Shown here piece after piece: positions 1-8,345 of a DNA stretch of 64,000 nucleotides; position 1 is the stretch's first letter, and every line of letters starts with the position of its first letter. Both the position numbers and the translations under genes were made by a program. The notes beneath the pieces were generated by a model. The model worked only from the letters and a program-made list of their open reading frames with translations, was not told the DNA's origin and searched no databases. Source of the stretch: an uncultured bacterium (GTDB taxonomy: Bacteria > Desulfobacterota > Syntrophorhabdia > Syntrophorhabdales > JANXAF01); NCBI GenBank assembly GCA_938084905.1, contig CALKEQ010000002.1, forward strand, positions 11,129 to 75,128, in the 5' to 3' direction.

Positions 1-437
1 ACCCCGATTCTGTCGAGTGCGATTCCCTCAAAGGCAATTTCAAAATCCCTTATCGTATCTACTGCCATACCAACTCTGCCAACTTCTCCTTCAGCCATAG
101 GGTCATCCGAGTCGTAACCCATCTGTGTTGGTAAATCAAAAGCCACATTCAGTCCTGTCTGTCCGTGAGATATCATGAATTTAAAGCGCTCGTTCGTTTC
201 TTTTGGCGTACCGAATCCCGTGTACTGCCTTGTTGTCCAAGCCCTCGACCTATAGCCCAGAGGATGGATCCCGCGAGTGAAAGGATACTTTCCTGGGTCG
301 CCTAGGTCCTCCTCATAGGAGAATCCAATCTCTTCGAGATCTTTAGGAGTGTAAACAGGTTTCACATGAATGCCAGACTCGAGGATCACGTCTAGGATCT
401 GATCCTTTTCGTTCTTAATGTACCTAGCACTCGACAT
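1..437 (-). CDS. methylmalonyl-CoA mutase family, catalytic (large) subunit; N-terminal part only, 3' end runs off the window
   Basis: Reverse frame is open from ATG 437..435 to the window edge, with GGAGGAG SD at 441..447. My translation MSSARYIKNEKDQILDVILESGIHVKPVYTPKDLEEIGFSYEEDLGDPGKYPFTRGIHPLGYRSRAWTTRQYTGFGTPKETNERFKF is the conserved N-terminus of acyl-CoA mutase catalytic chains. It is absent from the ORF track because there is no in-window stop. Confidence 0.85.
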   Translation of the reverse strand, partial: MSSARYIKNEKDQILDVILESGIHVKPVYTPKDLEEIGFSYEEDLGDPGKYPFTRGIHPLGYRSRAWTTRQYTGFGTPKETNERFKFMISHGQTGLNVAFDLPTQMGYDSDDPMAEGEVGRVGMAVDTIRDFEIAFEGIALDRIG

Positions 438-446
438 ATTCTCCTC

Positions 447-845
447 CTACTTTTTCACAGATGCCTTAATCGCTTCAATGACATCATCTATCGGAGTTCC
501 ACCAGGAAATACCCCTTCTACCCCCATCTCCTTTAGCAATTTGATGTCTTTTGAGGGGATGACACCACCGACAAAGACTTTCTTATCTTGGATTCCCTTT
601 TCTTTTAACTTCTCCATGAGTTTCCTTGTAAGGGGAATGTGGGCTCCACTCATAATTGACAGACCTATAACATCCACATCTTCCTGAATCGCCATGTTCA
701 CTATTTGGTCTATCGTTTTGTGAAGACCAGAGTAAACAACCTCCATACCAGCTTCCTTTAAAGCGAGAGCTATAACTTTGGCTCCTCTGTCGTGTCCGTC
801 TAGGCCTGGCTTTGCAATAAGAACTTTTATCCTTTTCTCCTCCAT
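447..845 (-). CDS. methylmalonyl-CoA mutase B12-binding (small) subunit
   Basis: 132 aa. DxHxxG cobalamin-binding motif (LDGHDRGAKV) and Rossmann-like B12-binding domain layout. Lies immediately upstream of the catalytic subunit. Confidence 0.9.
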   Translation of the reverse strand: MEEKRIKVLIAKPGLDGHDRGAKVIALALKEAGMEVVYSGLHKTIDQIVNMAIQEDVDVIGLSIMSGAHIPLTRKLMEKLKEKGIQDKKVFVGGVIPSKDIKLLKEMGVEGVFPGGTPIDDVIEAIKASVKK

Positions 846-1792
846 TTATAGTCCTCCATTTTTCCATCTTTAAGCAATTCGGAAACAAAGTGGACTGATG
901 CAGAGTAAGGGTCGATCTTTCCGCTTTGAACTGAGTGTAGAATTTCATTGAACTTGGGATCCTCCTCCACCATCTTCTCTATCCCCCTTGACAGCTCCTC
1001 CTTTATGAAGGTAAGAAGGAGGGCTTTTACCTTTTCCCTTCTCATCCCTAATTTCTCTCGCCTTTTCTCCTCAAGAACCTCAAGAAGTAACTCTATTCCC
1101 TCTCCTTTTTTTGCTGAGCATTTTATGAAGGGAGGGGCATCCTTTTTCAGATCCCCAATGTAGGCGATTAGGTCTTTCGCCTTCTCCTCCGCATTTGGCA
1201 TATCCATTTTATTCATTACAACCACATCACCTATCTCTAAAAGTCCAGCTTTCATTAGTTGAATCTCGTCACCGAAATCTGGTGTAAATACGGTTACCAC
1301 AATGTCTGAGATGAGATAGATGCTAAGCTCAGTCTGTCCCACCCCAACACTTTCCACTATTATGATATCCTTTCCGAGGGCATCAAGCACACACTCCGCT
1401 CCAAAAGCCGCCTTTGAGATCCCACCGGAGAAGCCCCTGTGGGCCATCGATCTTATAAATACACCTTCTACCTTTTCCGCACTTTTAAACCTGAGTCTAT
1501 CACCGAAAAAGGCTCCCTTTGACTTTACACTTGTGGGATCTATTGCAATGATACCTATCTTTTTTCCACTTTTCCCATAGAGGTAGGCAAGCCTGTCGAT
1601 GATACTACTTTTGCCAGCTCCCGGAGAACCTGTTATTCCGATCTTGAAGGCCCCACCAGTTCTTGGATAAAGGGTGGAGAGCACCAAAAAACCTTCTTCT
1701 TCCCCATCCTCTATCATCGATATGACTCGGGCCGCGACGGTTTCGTCACCTGAGATTATTCTTTCAGCGAGCTCTTGAGCTTTAGGATCCAT
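827..1792 (-). CDS. meaB: methylmalonyl-CoA mutase-associated G-protein chaperone (MeaB/ArgK family)
   Basis: 321 aa. P-loop GITGSPGAGKSS and MeaB-like NKxD region (VVMNKMD). Overlaps the mutase small subunit gene by 19 nt. Confidence 0.9.
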   Translation of the reverse strand: MDPKAQELAERIISGDETVAARVISMIEDGEEEGFLVLSTLYPRTGGAFKIGITGSPGAGKSSIIDRLAYLYGKSGKKIGIIAIDPTSVKSKGAFFGDRLRFKSAEKVEGVFIRSMAHRGFSGGISKAAFGAECVLDALGKDIIIVESVGVGQTELSIYLISDIVVTVFTPDFGDEIQLMKAGLLEIGDVVVMNKMDMPNAEEKAKDLIAYIGDLKKDAPPFIKCSAKKGEGIELLLEVLEEKRREKLGMRREKVKALLLTFIKEELSRGIEKMVEEDPKFNEILHSVQSGKIDPYSASVHFVSELLKDGKMEDYKWRRKG

Positions 1793-2480
1793 TTCCCTTT
1801 ATCTTCCCCTCTTCCCTGATTTTCTCCTTTATCAGTTTTTTCCCTCTCAATATGTGCTTTTTTATTAGAGCTTCGACCTTTTTTCCCTTTTTTAATCTCA
1901 TCAGTTCTATCATCTCCCTGTGATCTCTGAGGGATATCTCGGCTAAGTTCGGGTATTTGAAGATAATTACCCGAAACCTGTATATGAAATCCCTAAGGTC
2001 GTTTATAAGGGAGCATAGGATCCTGCTCTTCGAGGCCTTATAAAGCCTTTCGTGAAATTCGGTATTCAAAGGTACAAGAGCTTCAAGGTCACCTTTTTCT
2101 AAACGTTCCTCCCCCCTTCTAACGATCTCTTCGAGAATAGAGAGCTCTTCATCCGTTATCCTTAATGTGGCAAGGTATCCTGCGTAACCCTCAAGCATGC
2201 TTCTTATTTCAAAGACTTCCTCTAGATCCTCCTCAGTTATCGATCTTACGGCAAAACCACCCTTTGGTAGTTTATATATGAGACCCTCCTTTTCCAGTTT
2301 CTGTATAGCTTCTCTAACAGGGGTCCTGCTTGTCCCGAGCTGGGCTGCAATCTTCTCTTCAACAAGCCTTGTCTGTGCCTCAAGTACACCAGTTAAAATG
2401 TTATCCTTTAGCCTTTTATAGACCTGTTCCCGTAGAGACTTTCCCCTCCTCAGTCCCTGCCGATTCTCTTCTACCTCCAT
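1782..2480 (-). CDS. GntR-family transcriptional regulator with FCD-type C-terminal domain
   Basis: N-terminal winged HTH (EEKIAAQLGTSRTPVREAIQKLEKEGLIY) and an all-helical C-terminal domain typical of the FadR/FCD subfamily. Confidence 0.85.
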   Translation of the reverse strand: MEVEENRQGLRRGKSLREQVYKRLKDNILTGVLEAQTRLVEEKIAAQLGTSRTPVREAIQKLEKEGLIYKLPKGGFAVRSITEEDLEEVFEIRSMLEGYAGYLATLRITDEELSILEEIVRRGEERLEKGDLEALVPLNTEFHERLYKASKSRILCSLINDLRDFIYRFRVIIFKYPNLAEISLRDHREMIELMRLKKGKKVEALIKKHILRGKKLIKEKIREEGKIKGNGS

Positions 2481-2490
2481 AAATTACCTC

Positions 2491-3690
2491 TCAGATTATC
2501 CTTCTCTGTTTCAGCTCTTCAATGTAAGATTTGGAATAACCCAATGTTTCGCAGTATATCTTCTCATTATGTTCACCAAATCTTGGAGGGAATTTTACCT
2601 TTTTCCCCATTGCCTTTACGTAGTCTGTGGTGTAGGGGAGAGGTGCAAGGTATATCGTGAGACCCGTTTTTTCATCTACTGATGTGAGGATTTCATCTTT
2701 TATATACGGATCCTCTATTACTTCCTCTATCGTGTTCACCTTTGAAATTGGGATTGTTGCCTCAGTGAAAAGTTTTATCAGTTCATCGGTTCTGTACGTC
2801 TTCGTGATCTCCTCTATCTTCTCGTTAAGATTTTTCACGTCCCTTATCCGGCCCTCGTTCCTTTCATACTCTGGCTTTGAAAGTACTTCAAAACCGGGTA
2901 TCTTCAGCATCCTCTCCCACTGAAGGTCATTTCCAACCGCAATGTAGACGTAACCATCCATTGTCTTGTAAACACTTACAGGAGCAAAAAATTCGTGAGT
3001 GTTTCCCCTGCGGGTTATCTTTCTGTTGAAAGACTTCGTCTGGGTTATTGGAACAGTAAGCCAAGAGACAGTGCTCTGGAACATGGATAGATCTATCCTT
3101 GCGCCTTCTCCAGTTACAGCCCTTCTGTACAGGGCCTTCATTATCAGACCGTATGCATGTTCACTCGCACCCATATCTGGCAGGGGAACACCAAGAACAT
3201 ATGGGGGTCCATCCTTTTCTCCTGTCAACTCCATCAATCCTCCCCTTGCCTGGAGGATAGGGTCATAGGCAGGTTCATTGCTATCAGGTCCGAAACCTGT
3301 AAGACCTACCCAGATTATATCCTCCTTTATAGATTTTACTGATTCGTAGTCTATGCCAAGCTTCTTATAGTTTCTTGGAAGCTGATTTGACAGGAAAATA
3401 TCCACGTTGAGTTTTCTTATCAGGTTTCTGAAGATCTCCTGACCTTCGGGAGTTGCGAGATCGAGTGTTATAGACTCCTTGTTACAGTTTATGGCTAAAA
3501 AATAGGAGTACATTCTATCCTCGTTTAACACGTTGTCCCCGACCCTCCTATTAGGGTCTCCGTAAATTGGATGCTCAATTCTTATGACCCTAGCTCCGTC
3601 CATTGCAAGTCTATATGTGAGGTAGGGAAGTACAGTCGCCTGCTCGAGAGAGAGAACTGTTATCCTCTTGAAAAGCTCATAAAAATCCAT
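2491..3690 (-). CDS. family III CoA-transferase (CaiB/BaiF/Frc-like)
   Basis: 399 aa. N-terminal VLSLEQATVLPYLTYRLAMDGARVIRIE and central GPDSNEPAYDPILQARGGLMELTG are typical of the CaiB/BaiF family. Confidence 0.85.
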   Translation of the reverse strand: MDFYELFKRITVLSLEQATVLPYLTYRLAMDGARVIRIEHPIYGDPNRRVGDNVLNEDRMYSYFLAINCNKESITLDLATPEGQEIFRNLIRKLNVDIFLSNQLPRNYKKLGIDYESVKSIKEDIIWVGLTGFGPDSNEPAYDPILQARGGLMELTGEKDGPPYVLGVPLPDMGASEHAYGLIMKALYRRAVTGEGARIDLSMFQSTVSWLTVPITQTKSFNRKITRRGNTHEFFAPVSVYKTMDGYVYIAVGNDLQWERMLKIPGFEVLSKPEYERNEGRIRDVKNLNEKIEEITKTYRTDELIKLFTEATIPISKVNTIEEVIEDPYIKDEILTSVDEKTGLTIYLAPLPYTTDYVKAMGKKVKFPPRFGEHNEKIYCETLGYSKSYIEELKQRRII

Positions 3691-3707
3691 AGAGACCCCC
3701 TTTGCTC

Positions 3708-3715
3708 TGTATACA
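3708..3715. promoter_or_regulatory. candidate GntR operator half of a repeated site (TGTATACA)
   Basis: Perfect 8-bp palindrome TGTATACA (context cTGTATACAAt), 18 nt upstream of the CoA-transferase start. It fits the GntR GT-Nx-AC operator rule, and a second copy lies 54 bp away. Confidence 0.35.
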
Positions 3716-3760
3716 ATTTTCCTTCACTATAATACTCGGAGCGGACGATTGTCAAGCTTT

Positions 3761-3770
3761 TTGTATACAA
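3761..3770. promoter_or_regulatory. candidate GntR operator (TTGTATACAA)
   Basis: Perfect 10-bp palindrome in the 178-bp divergent intergenic region. It has the same core as 3708..3715. Confidence 0.35.
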
Positions 3771-3868
3771 TCGCTTTAAGGTTAGTTGAGCACTAGAATA
3801 AGGGAAAAGTGAAATGAGAATACGGGTTTTTACGGATTGATCCCTAAGGAGCATGAGTTACCATATTA

Positions 3869-5953
3869 GTGATGCTTGAGAGAGGAATCAAAAAAACCCA
3901 GATCCTCGATAGAGCCCTCATCCCACCTTGCCAGGATGCGTGCCCCCTCCACCAGGATATAAGGGAATACGTTGACCTTATAGCCCAGGGAAGAATAATG
4001 GAAGCTCTAAAAGTGATAAGAGATAGAAATCCTTTTCCATCAATATGTGCCTATGTATGTCCACATAAATGCGAGGACAAGTGTCGCAGGGGAAGGGTGG
4101 ACAAACCTATAGCAATTAGAGCTCTTAAAAGATTCGCCGTTGAGTTCGGTGGGGACAGAATGGTCAGAAAGGAAGTGGAGGAAAGGTACTCTGAAAAAGT
4201 GGCTGTGATCGGTTCCGGTCCGGCAGGACTTTCCTGTGCTTACTACTTAAGAATTTTAGGTTATCCCGTAACAATATTTGAGGCTTACTCCGAGCCTGGA
4301 GGCATGTTAAGGGTCGGGATACCGGAGTTTAGACTTCCAAAGAAAATGCTCGACTTCGAAATAGAAAGGCTTGTGCAGATGGGTATAGAGATAAGGACAA
4401 ACACCCCTGTCACATCTCTCGATCTACTACTGGAAAAGGGATACAAAGCTATCTTTATAACTGTTGGGGCACATCAGGGAAGAAGGCTAGGGATAGAAGG
4501 CGAGGATGCAGAAGGAGTTATGGATGGGATATCCTTTCTCAGAGAGATAAATCTTGGCCTCAACCCGAAAATCAAGGATCGTGTGATTGTAGTTGGGGGT
4601 GGAGGAGTTGCAATGGATTGTGCGTTAGCCGCAGTACGGCTCGGAGCTAAGAAGGTTGACATCGTCTGCTTGGAAAAGAGAGAGGAAATGCCTGCAGGAA
4701 AGGAGGAGATTGAGTTCTGCGAGGAAGAGGGGGTGAAGATAAATCCAAGTTTTGGAGTAAAAAGAGTTATAAAGGAGGGAGGAAGGGTTGTCGGATTAGA
4801 ACTTGTAAGGTGCGTCTCTGTTTTTGACGAGAAGGGAAAGTTCAATCCAAAATTCGACGAATCGGAAAAAACCGTTATCTACGGAGATATGGTTATTTTT
4901 GCAGTAGGCCAGATGCCTAAAGTACCTGAGGAGTTCAACGTACACGTTGAAAGGGGAGGAACGATAAAGGTTGACCCTGTTACCCTGAGGACTAATAGGG
5001 AGGGGGTCTTTGCCGGTGGAGACGCTGTAACAGGTCCTGCTTCGGTTGTTGAGGCTTTGGCAACTGGTAAAAAGGCGGCAAAAAGGATTGATGATTACCT
5101 CCGCTATAGGTATCCTCTGGAGGAGACAGAAGAGAGACCGAAAATTGAACCGGAAATAAGGCAGAAGACTGTGGAAATGATAAGGAAGATTGAGAGAATC
5201 CAACCACCACTTAAGTCTGTAGAAGAAAGGATAGAAAGGTTTGAGCCTTTTGAGCTTGTTTACGACTGGGAAAGTGCGGTAAGGGAAGCAAAAAGGTGTC
5301 TAAGATGTGGGACAGGTGCTGAAATTTTCTACAAGGAAAAATGCGCAAGTTGCCTCACATGCGTCAGAGTTTGCCCTTATGGAGTTCCAGTTGTTGACGA
5401 GAAAGGTGAGATCGAGATTCCCCCTTCCGATTGTCTTGCGTGCGGCATCTGCGTAAGTGAGTGTCCTGCAAAAGCCATACTTTTGAGAAAGCCTGCGGAC
5501 AGGAGACAGGTAGATTTGGAGATTTCGGCTTTAGCGGGTGCGTCAAAAAAGGATGGTTCTCTCCACATAGTTGGTTTTGCGTGCCACTACGGTCTTTTTG
5601 GAGAGGGCAGTCTCTCTTACCTTTTCAGGACTCCAAAGGAGGGAATTTACATAGTACCGGTTCTCTGTATTGGAAAACTTGAAACAGAACACATACTTAA
5701 AGCATTCGAGCTTAAAGCTCAGGGCGTATTTATAGCCGGATGTGGAGAAGGTAGATGTGCAAGGGAGAACACAGACGCATTTGCAATAAGAAAAGCGGAA
5801 AGGGCAAAAAAGATACTTGAGAGACTCGGTCTTGAAAGGGAAAGAATAAGCGTTTTTACTGCCTCTGAGATGGACATCGAGAAAAAGCTTGAAATGTTCA
5901 TAGAAAGAATAGCCTCAATTATTCTGGAGAGGACCCTCAAGGAGGAGAAATGA
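3869..5953 (+). CDS. GltD/NfnB-like FAD/NAD(P)-dependent oxidoreductase fused to a 2x[4Fe-4S] ferredoxin domain and an MvhD/FlpD-like domain
   Basis: 694 aa. N-terminal Cys cluster (CQDACP...CAYVCPHKCEDKCRRG). Dinucleotide folds VAVIGSGPAGLSCAY and VIVVGGGGVAMDCA. CLRCGTGAE...CASCLTCVRVCPYG...CLACGICVSECPAKA. C-terminal HIVGFACHYG...VPVLCIGKLE...GVFIAGCGEGRCARENTD resembles the Mvh hydrogenase delta subunit. Start is GTG 3869 or ATG 3872. Confidence 0.8.
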   Translation: MMLERGIKKTQILDRALIPPCQDACPLHQDIREYVDLIAQGRIMEALKVIRDRNPFPSICAYVCPHKCEDKCRRGRVDKPIAIRALKRFAVEFGGDRMVRKEVEERYSEKVAVIGSGPAGLSCAYYLRILGYPVTIFEAYSEPGGMLRVGIPEFRLPKKMLDFEIERLVQMGIEIRTNTPVTSLDLLLEKGYKAIFITVGAHQGRRLGIEGEDAEGVMDGISFLREINLGLNPKIKDRVIVVGGGGVAMDCALAAVRLGAKKVDIVCLEKREEMPAGKEEIEFCEEEGVKINPSFGVKRVIKEGGRVVGLELVRCVSVFDEKGKFNPKFDESEKTVIYGDMVIFAVGQMPKVPEEFNVHVERGGTIKVDPVTLRTNREGVFAGGDAVTGPASVVEALATGKKAAKRIDDYLRYRYPLEETEERPKIEPEIRQKTVEMIRKIERIQPPLKSVEERIERFEPFELVYDWESAVREAKRCLRCGTGAEIFYKEKCASCLTCVRVCPYGVPVVDEKGEIEIPPSDCLACGICVSECPAKAILLRKPADRRQVDLEISALAGASKKDGSLHIVGFACHYGLFGEGSLSYLFRTPKEGIYIVPVLCIGKLETEHILKAFELKAQGVFIAGCGEGRCARENTDAFAIRKAERAKKILERLGLERERISVFTASEMDIEKKLEMFIERIASIILERTLKEEK

Positions 5954-6603
5954 TAGTTGCAACAAAAAAACCGATAGAGGAGATTTTAGTAGCTCTGGCT
6001 CCGTACGAGAGCGTTCTCATACTCGGATGCGGAACCTGCGTCACAGTCTGCAATGTGGGAGGTGAAAGGGAGGTCTCCCTTCTCCATTCCGCGTTGAGAG
6101 TTGCAATAGCGAACTCCTTGATGCAGCAAAAAAGATTTCACGAGTACACTGTGAAAAGGCAGTGTGACAGGGAATTTCTTGAGGCGCTAAAGGGAAAGTC
6201 TGAGGAGGTTGATGCGATTCTCTCCCTTGCCTGTGGGGTTGGGGTTCAGGTTCTTGCGGATTATTTCTCCGACATTCCATGTATTCCAGCTGTAAATACT
6301 GTCTTTATGGGTTCATCCTCTACATTTGGAATATGGGATGAAAGATGTGCCGGCTGTGGGGAATGTAGGCTTTATGAGACAGCTGGTATATGTCCTGTAA
6401 CGAGGTGTAACAAGGGGATCCTCAACGGACCATGTGGGGGAGCAAAAAACGGTAGATGTGAGGCAAATAAGGAGATGGATTGCGCATGGTTACTAATATA
6501 CGAGCGCCTACTCAAACTAGACCAGCTTGACCGTATGAGGAAATACTCTCCACCAAGAAATTACGGGAACCTAAAAAGACCGAAAAGGGTAATAATCACG
6601 TGA
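5950..6603 (+). CDS. metV: methylene-THF reductase FeS subunit MetV (copy 1)
   Basis: 217 aa. Cys-rich motifs GCGTCVTVC, CAGCGECRLYETAGICPVTRCNKGILNGPCGG, CEANKEMDCAW. ATGA overlap with the upstream gene. Followed by metF after 8 nt. Confidence 0.85.
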   Translation: MIVATKKPIEEILVALAPYESVLILGCGTCVTVCNVGGEREVSLLHSALRVAIANSLMQQKRFHEYTVKRQCDREFLEALKGKSEEVDAILSLACGVGVQVLADYFSDIPCIPAVNTVFMGSSSTFGIWDERCAGCGECRLYETAGICPVTRCNKGILNGPCGGAKNGRCEANKEMDCAWLLIYERLLKLDQLDRMRKYSPPRNYGNLKRPKRVIIT

Positions 6604-6611
6604 GGTAACCT

Positions 6612-7499
6612 ATGGCTGTCTCACTTTTTGAAGAAAAACTGAACTCTGATAAGTTTGTTGTAACAGCTGAGATCGGCCCACCAAAGGGAACGGATCTGAG
6701 TGAAATGAAAAAAAACATAGAACTACTTAAGGACAGAGTAGACGCACTAAATGTGACCGATCATCAGAGCTCTGTGATGAGGTATCCTTCCCTTGGAGGG
6801 TGTCTTCTCATAAAGGAACTAGGTGGGGAGCCTATCCTTCAGATGACAACAAGGGATAGGAATAGAATCGCCCTTCAGGCTGATCTCCTCTTCGCATATT
6901 CAAGGGGAATAAGGAACGTACTTTGTCTTACAGGAGATTCTGTGGATGTGGGTGACCATAAGGATGCAAAACCTGTCTTCGATCTCGATTCTGTCCAGCT
7001 AATAAGGATGATAAAGACACTTGAGACAGGTGTGGATATGGCTGGTAACAAACTCTCAGGCAAAGTTCAATTCTTTGTAGGTGCATCATGTAATCCTGAA
7101 GCGGACCATATAGAACCCCAGCTAATAAAGTTTGAGAAAAAGGTGAATTCAGGTGCCCGTTTCTTCCAGACCCAGGGGATATACGACGTCACTTTGCTTC
7201 GAAGATTCATGCAGTTCGCGAGGCAGTTTGGGGTGAAGATAATTGCGGGAATAATAGTTCTCTTCTCCTACAGGATGGCCACTTACATGAATGAAAATGT
7301 TCCGGGAGTTAAGGTACCTCCCCAAATCTTGGAGGAGCTTAAAGGCCTAGACAAAGAGGCGGCTTTGAGAAAAGGGATAGACATAGCTGCAAGAACTATA
7401 AGAACGATAAAAGAGGAGAAATTGTGTCACGGAGTTCACATAATGGCAATAGGCAGAGAGCATATAATACCGGAAGTTCTCGAAGCTTCCGGATTGTAA
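6612..7499 (+). CDS. metF: 5,10-methylenetetrahydrofolate reductase MetF (copy 1)
   Basis: 295 aa. VTAEIGPPKG, ALNVTDHQ, QMTTRDRNRIALQADL, NVLCLTGD are typical of MetF from MetVF-type enzymes. Confidence 0.9.
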   Translation: MAVSLFEEKLNSDKFVVTAEIGPPKGTDLSEMKKNIELLKDRVDALNVTDHQSSVMRYPSLGGCLLIKELGGEPILQMTTRDRNRIALQADLLFAYSRGIRNVLCLTGDSVDVGDHKDAKPVFDLDSVQLIRMIKTLETGVDMAGNKLSGKVQFFVGASCNPEADHIEPQLIKFEKKVNSGARFFQTQGIYDVTLLRRFMQFARQFGVKIIAGIIVLFSYRMATYMNENVPGVKVPPQILEELKGLDKEAALRKGIDIAARTIRTIKEEKLCHGVHIMAIGREHIIPEVLEASGL

Positions 7500-7511
7500 A
7501 AAGGAGGAACC

Positions 7512-8294
7512 ATGGAAAATAGAAAGAAAATAATGATCATTGACGATGAAAGGGAGTTCCTTGACGCTTTCAAGAGAACCTTAGAGGCTAGAGATTTCAC
7601 AGTTTTCGTAGCAACGAATAGGCGCGAGGCGGAGGAAATATTACTGAAAGAGGAACCCAATTTCGTTATTCTCGGAACGATAACCCCAAGAGGTGATGCC
7701 TTCCAATTGCACAGGTTCATAAGATCCAATCCTAGGCTTAAAGAGGTTCCCCTAATAATAGTCGATGCTCCTCTTGAGAGGAGGCTAGTTGAAGGATGGA
7801 GTATGGATGAAGGTATTCAGATGGACGCGGATGACTATTTGACGAAACCTATAGAGCCATCGGCTCTCATTCCAAGAATACTTGCTCTTCTCGAGAAGGC
7901 CACAAGAAGGATAAAGGTCCTTATAGTGGATGACCATACCGTTGTAAGGGATGGGATAAAGGTGGTACTCAAGCTTCAGAAGGACATAGAGGTCGTTGGA
8001 GAGGCTGAAAACGGAGAGGAGGCTGTTGAGAAGTGCTTGAGTCTTCAACCTGATGTGGTCATAATGGATATTGTCATGCCGGTTATGAATGGTCTTGAGG
8101 CAGCACGAAGGATTTTAAAGGAAAGGCCTGAAACAAAGGTTATAATGCTCACTCAGTACGACGATGAGGAAAACATCCTCATGGCGGAAAAGATTGGAGC
8201 CTACGGTTTTATTCCGAAAAGATCCGCTTCCGACAAACTTATATCAGGAATAAGACAGGTGTATATGGGTAAGCGACTGGAGCACGCTGCATAG
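7512..8294 (+). CDS. output-less tandem receiver protein (pseudo-REC + canonical NarL-type REC)
   Basis: 260 aa. REC1 has DD and K-P, but Gly (codon 7674..7676) replaces the phospho-acceptor Asp (PNFVILGTITP). REC2 is canonical (PDVVIMDIVMP). No DNA-binding domain. SD AAAGGAGG lies 12 nt after the metF stop. Confidence 0.85.
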   Translation: MENRKKIMIIDDEREFLDAFKRTLEARDFTVFVATNRREAEEILLKEEPNFVILGTITPRGDAFQLHRFIRSNPRLKEVPLIIVDAPLERRLVEGWSMDEGIQMDADDYLTKPIEPSALIPRILALLEKATRRIKVLIVDDHTVVRDGIKVVLKLQKDIEVVGEAENGEEAVEKCLSLQPDVVIMDIVMPVMNGLEAARRILKERPETKVIMLTQYDDEENILMAEKIGAYGFIPKRSASDKLISGIRQVYMGKRLEHAA

Positions 8295-8317
8295 GTATTG
8301 TTCGCTTGTGTAAAAGC

Positions 8318-8329
8318 TGGTAATATAAT
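8318..8329 (+). promoter_or_regulatory. possible internal promoter (extended -10 TGgTAATATAAT) for the kinase/regulator pair
   Basis: TG at 8318..8319 followed by TAATAT (8321..8326) and TATAAT (8324..8329) in the 51-nt gap before the kinase gene. GAGG lies 9 nt before TTG 8346. Confidence 0.3.
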
Positions 8330-8345
8330 TTAGAGGTAGTACATT

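Noticed and set aside
583-948. 121-aa ORF, and many similar 60-190-aa ORFs in the track (for example 4474..4845, 4796..5203, 13358..13717, 29359..29763, 43010..43594, 60875..61312, 62380..62805).
   Set aside because: They lie antisense to, or out of frame within, long ORFs that have clear family motifs. Their translations are low-complexity (S/P/L/R/F-rich) with no recognisable motifs. I treat them as shadow ORFs.
3853-3879. 8-codon upstream ORF (MSYHISDA) overlapping the start of the flavoprotein-MvhD gene, considered as a possible leader peptide.
   Set aside because: The AAGGAG (3846..3851) lies only 1 nt from its ATG, too close for a functional SD. The peptide has no regulatory-looking codon run, and nothing else supports it.
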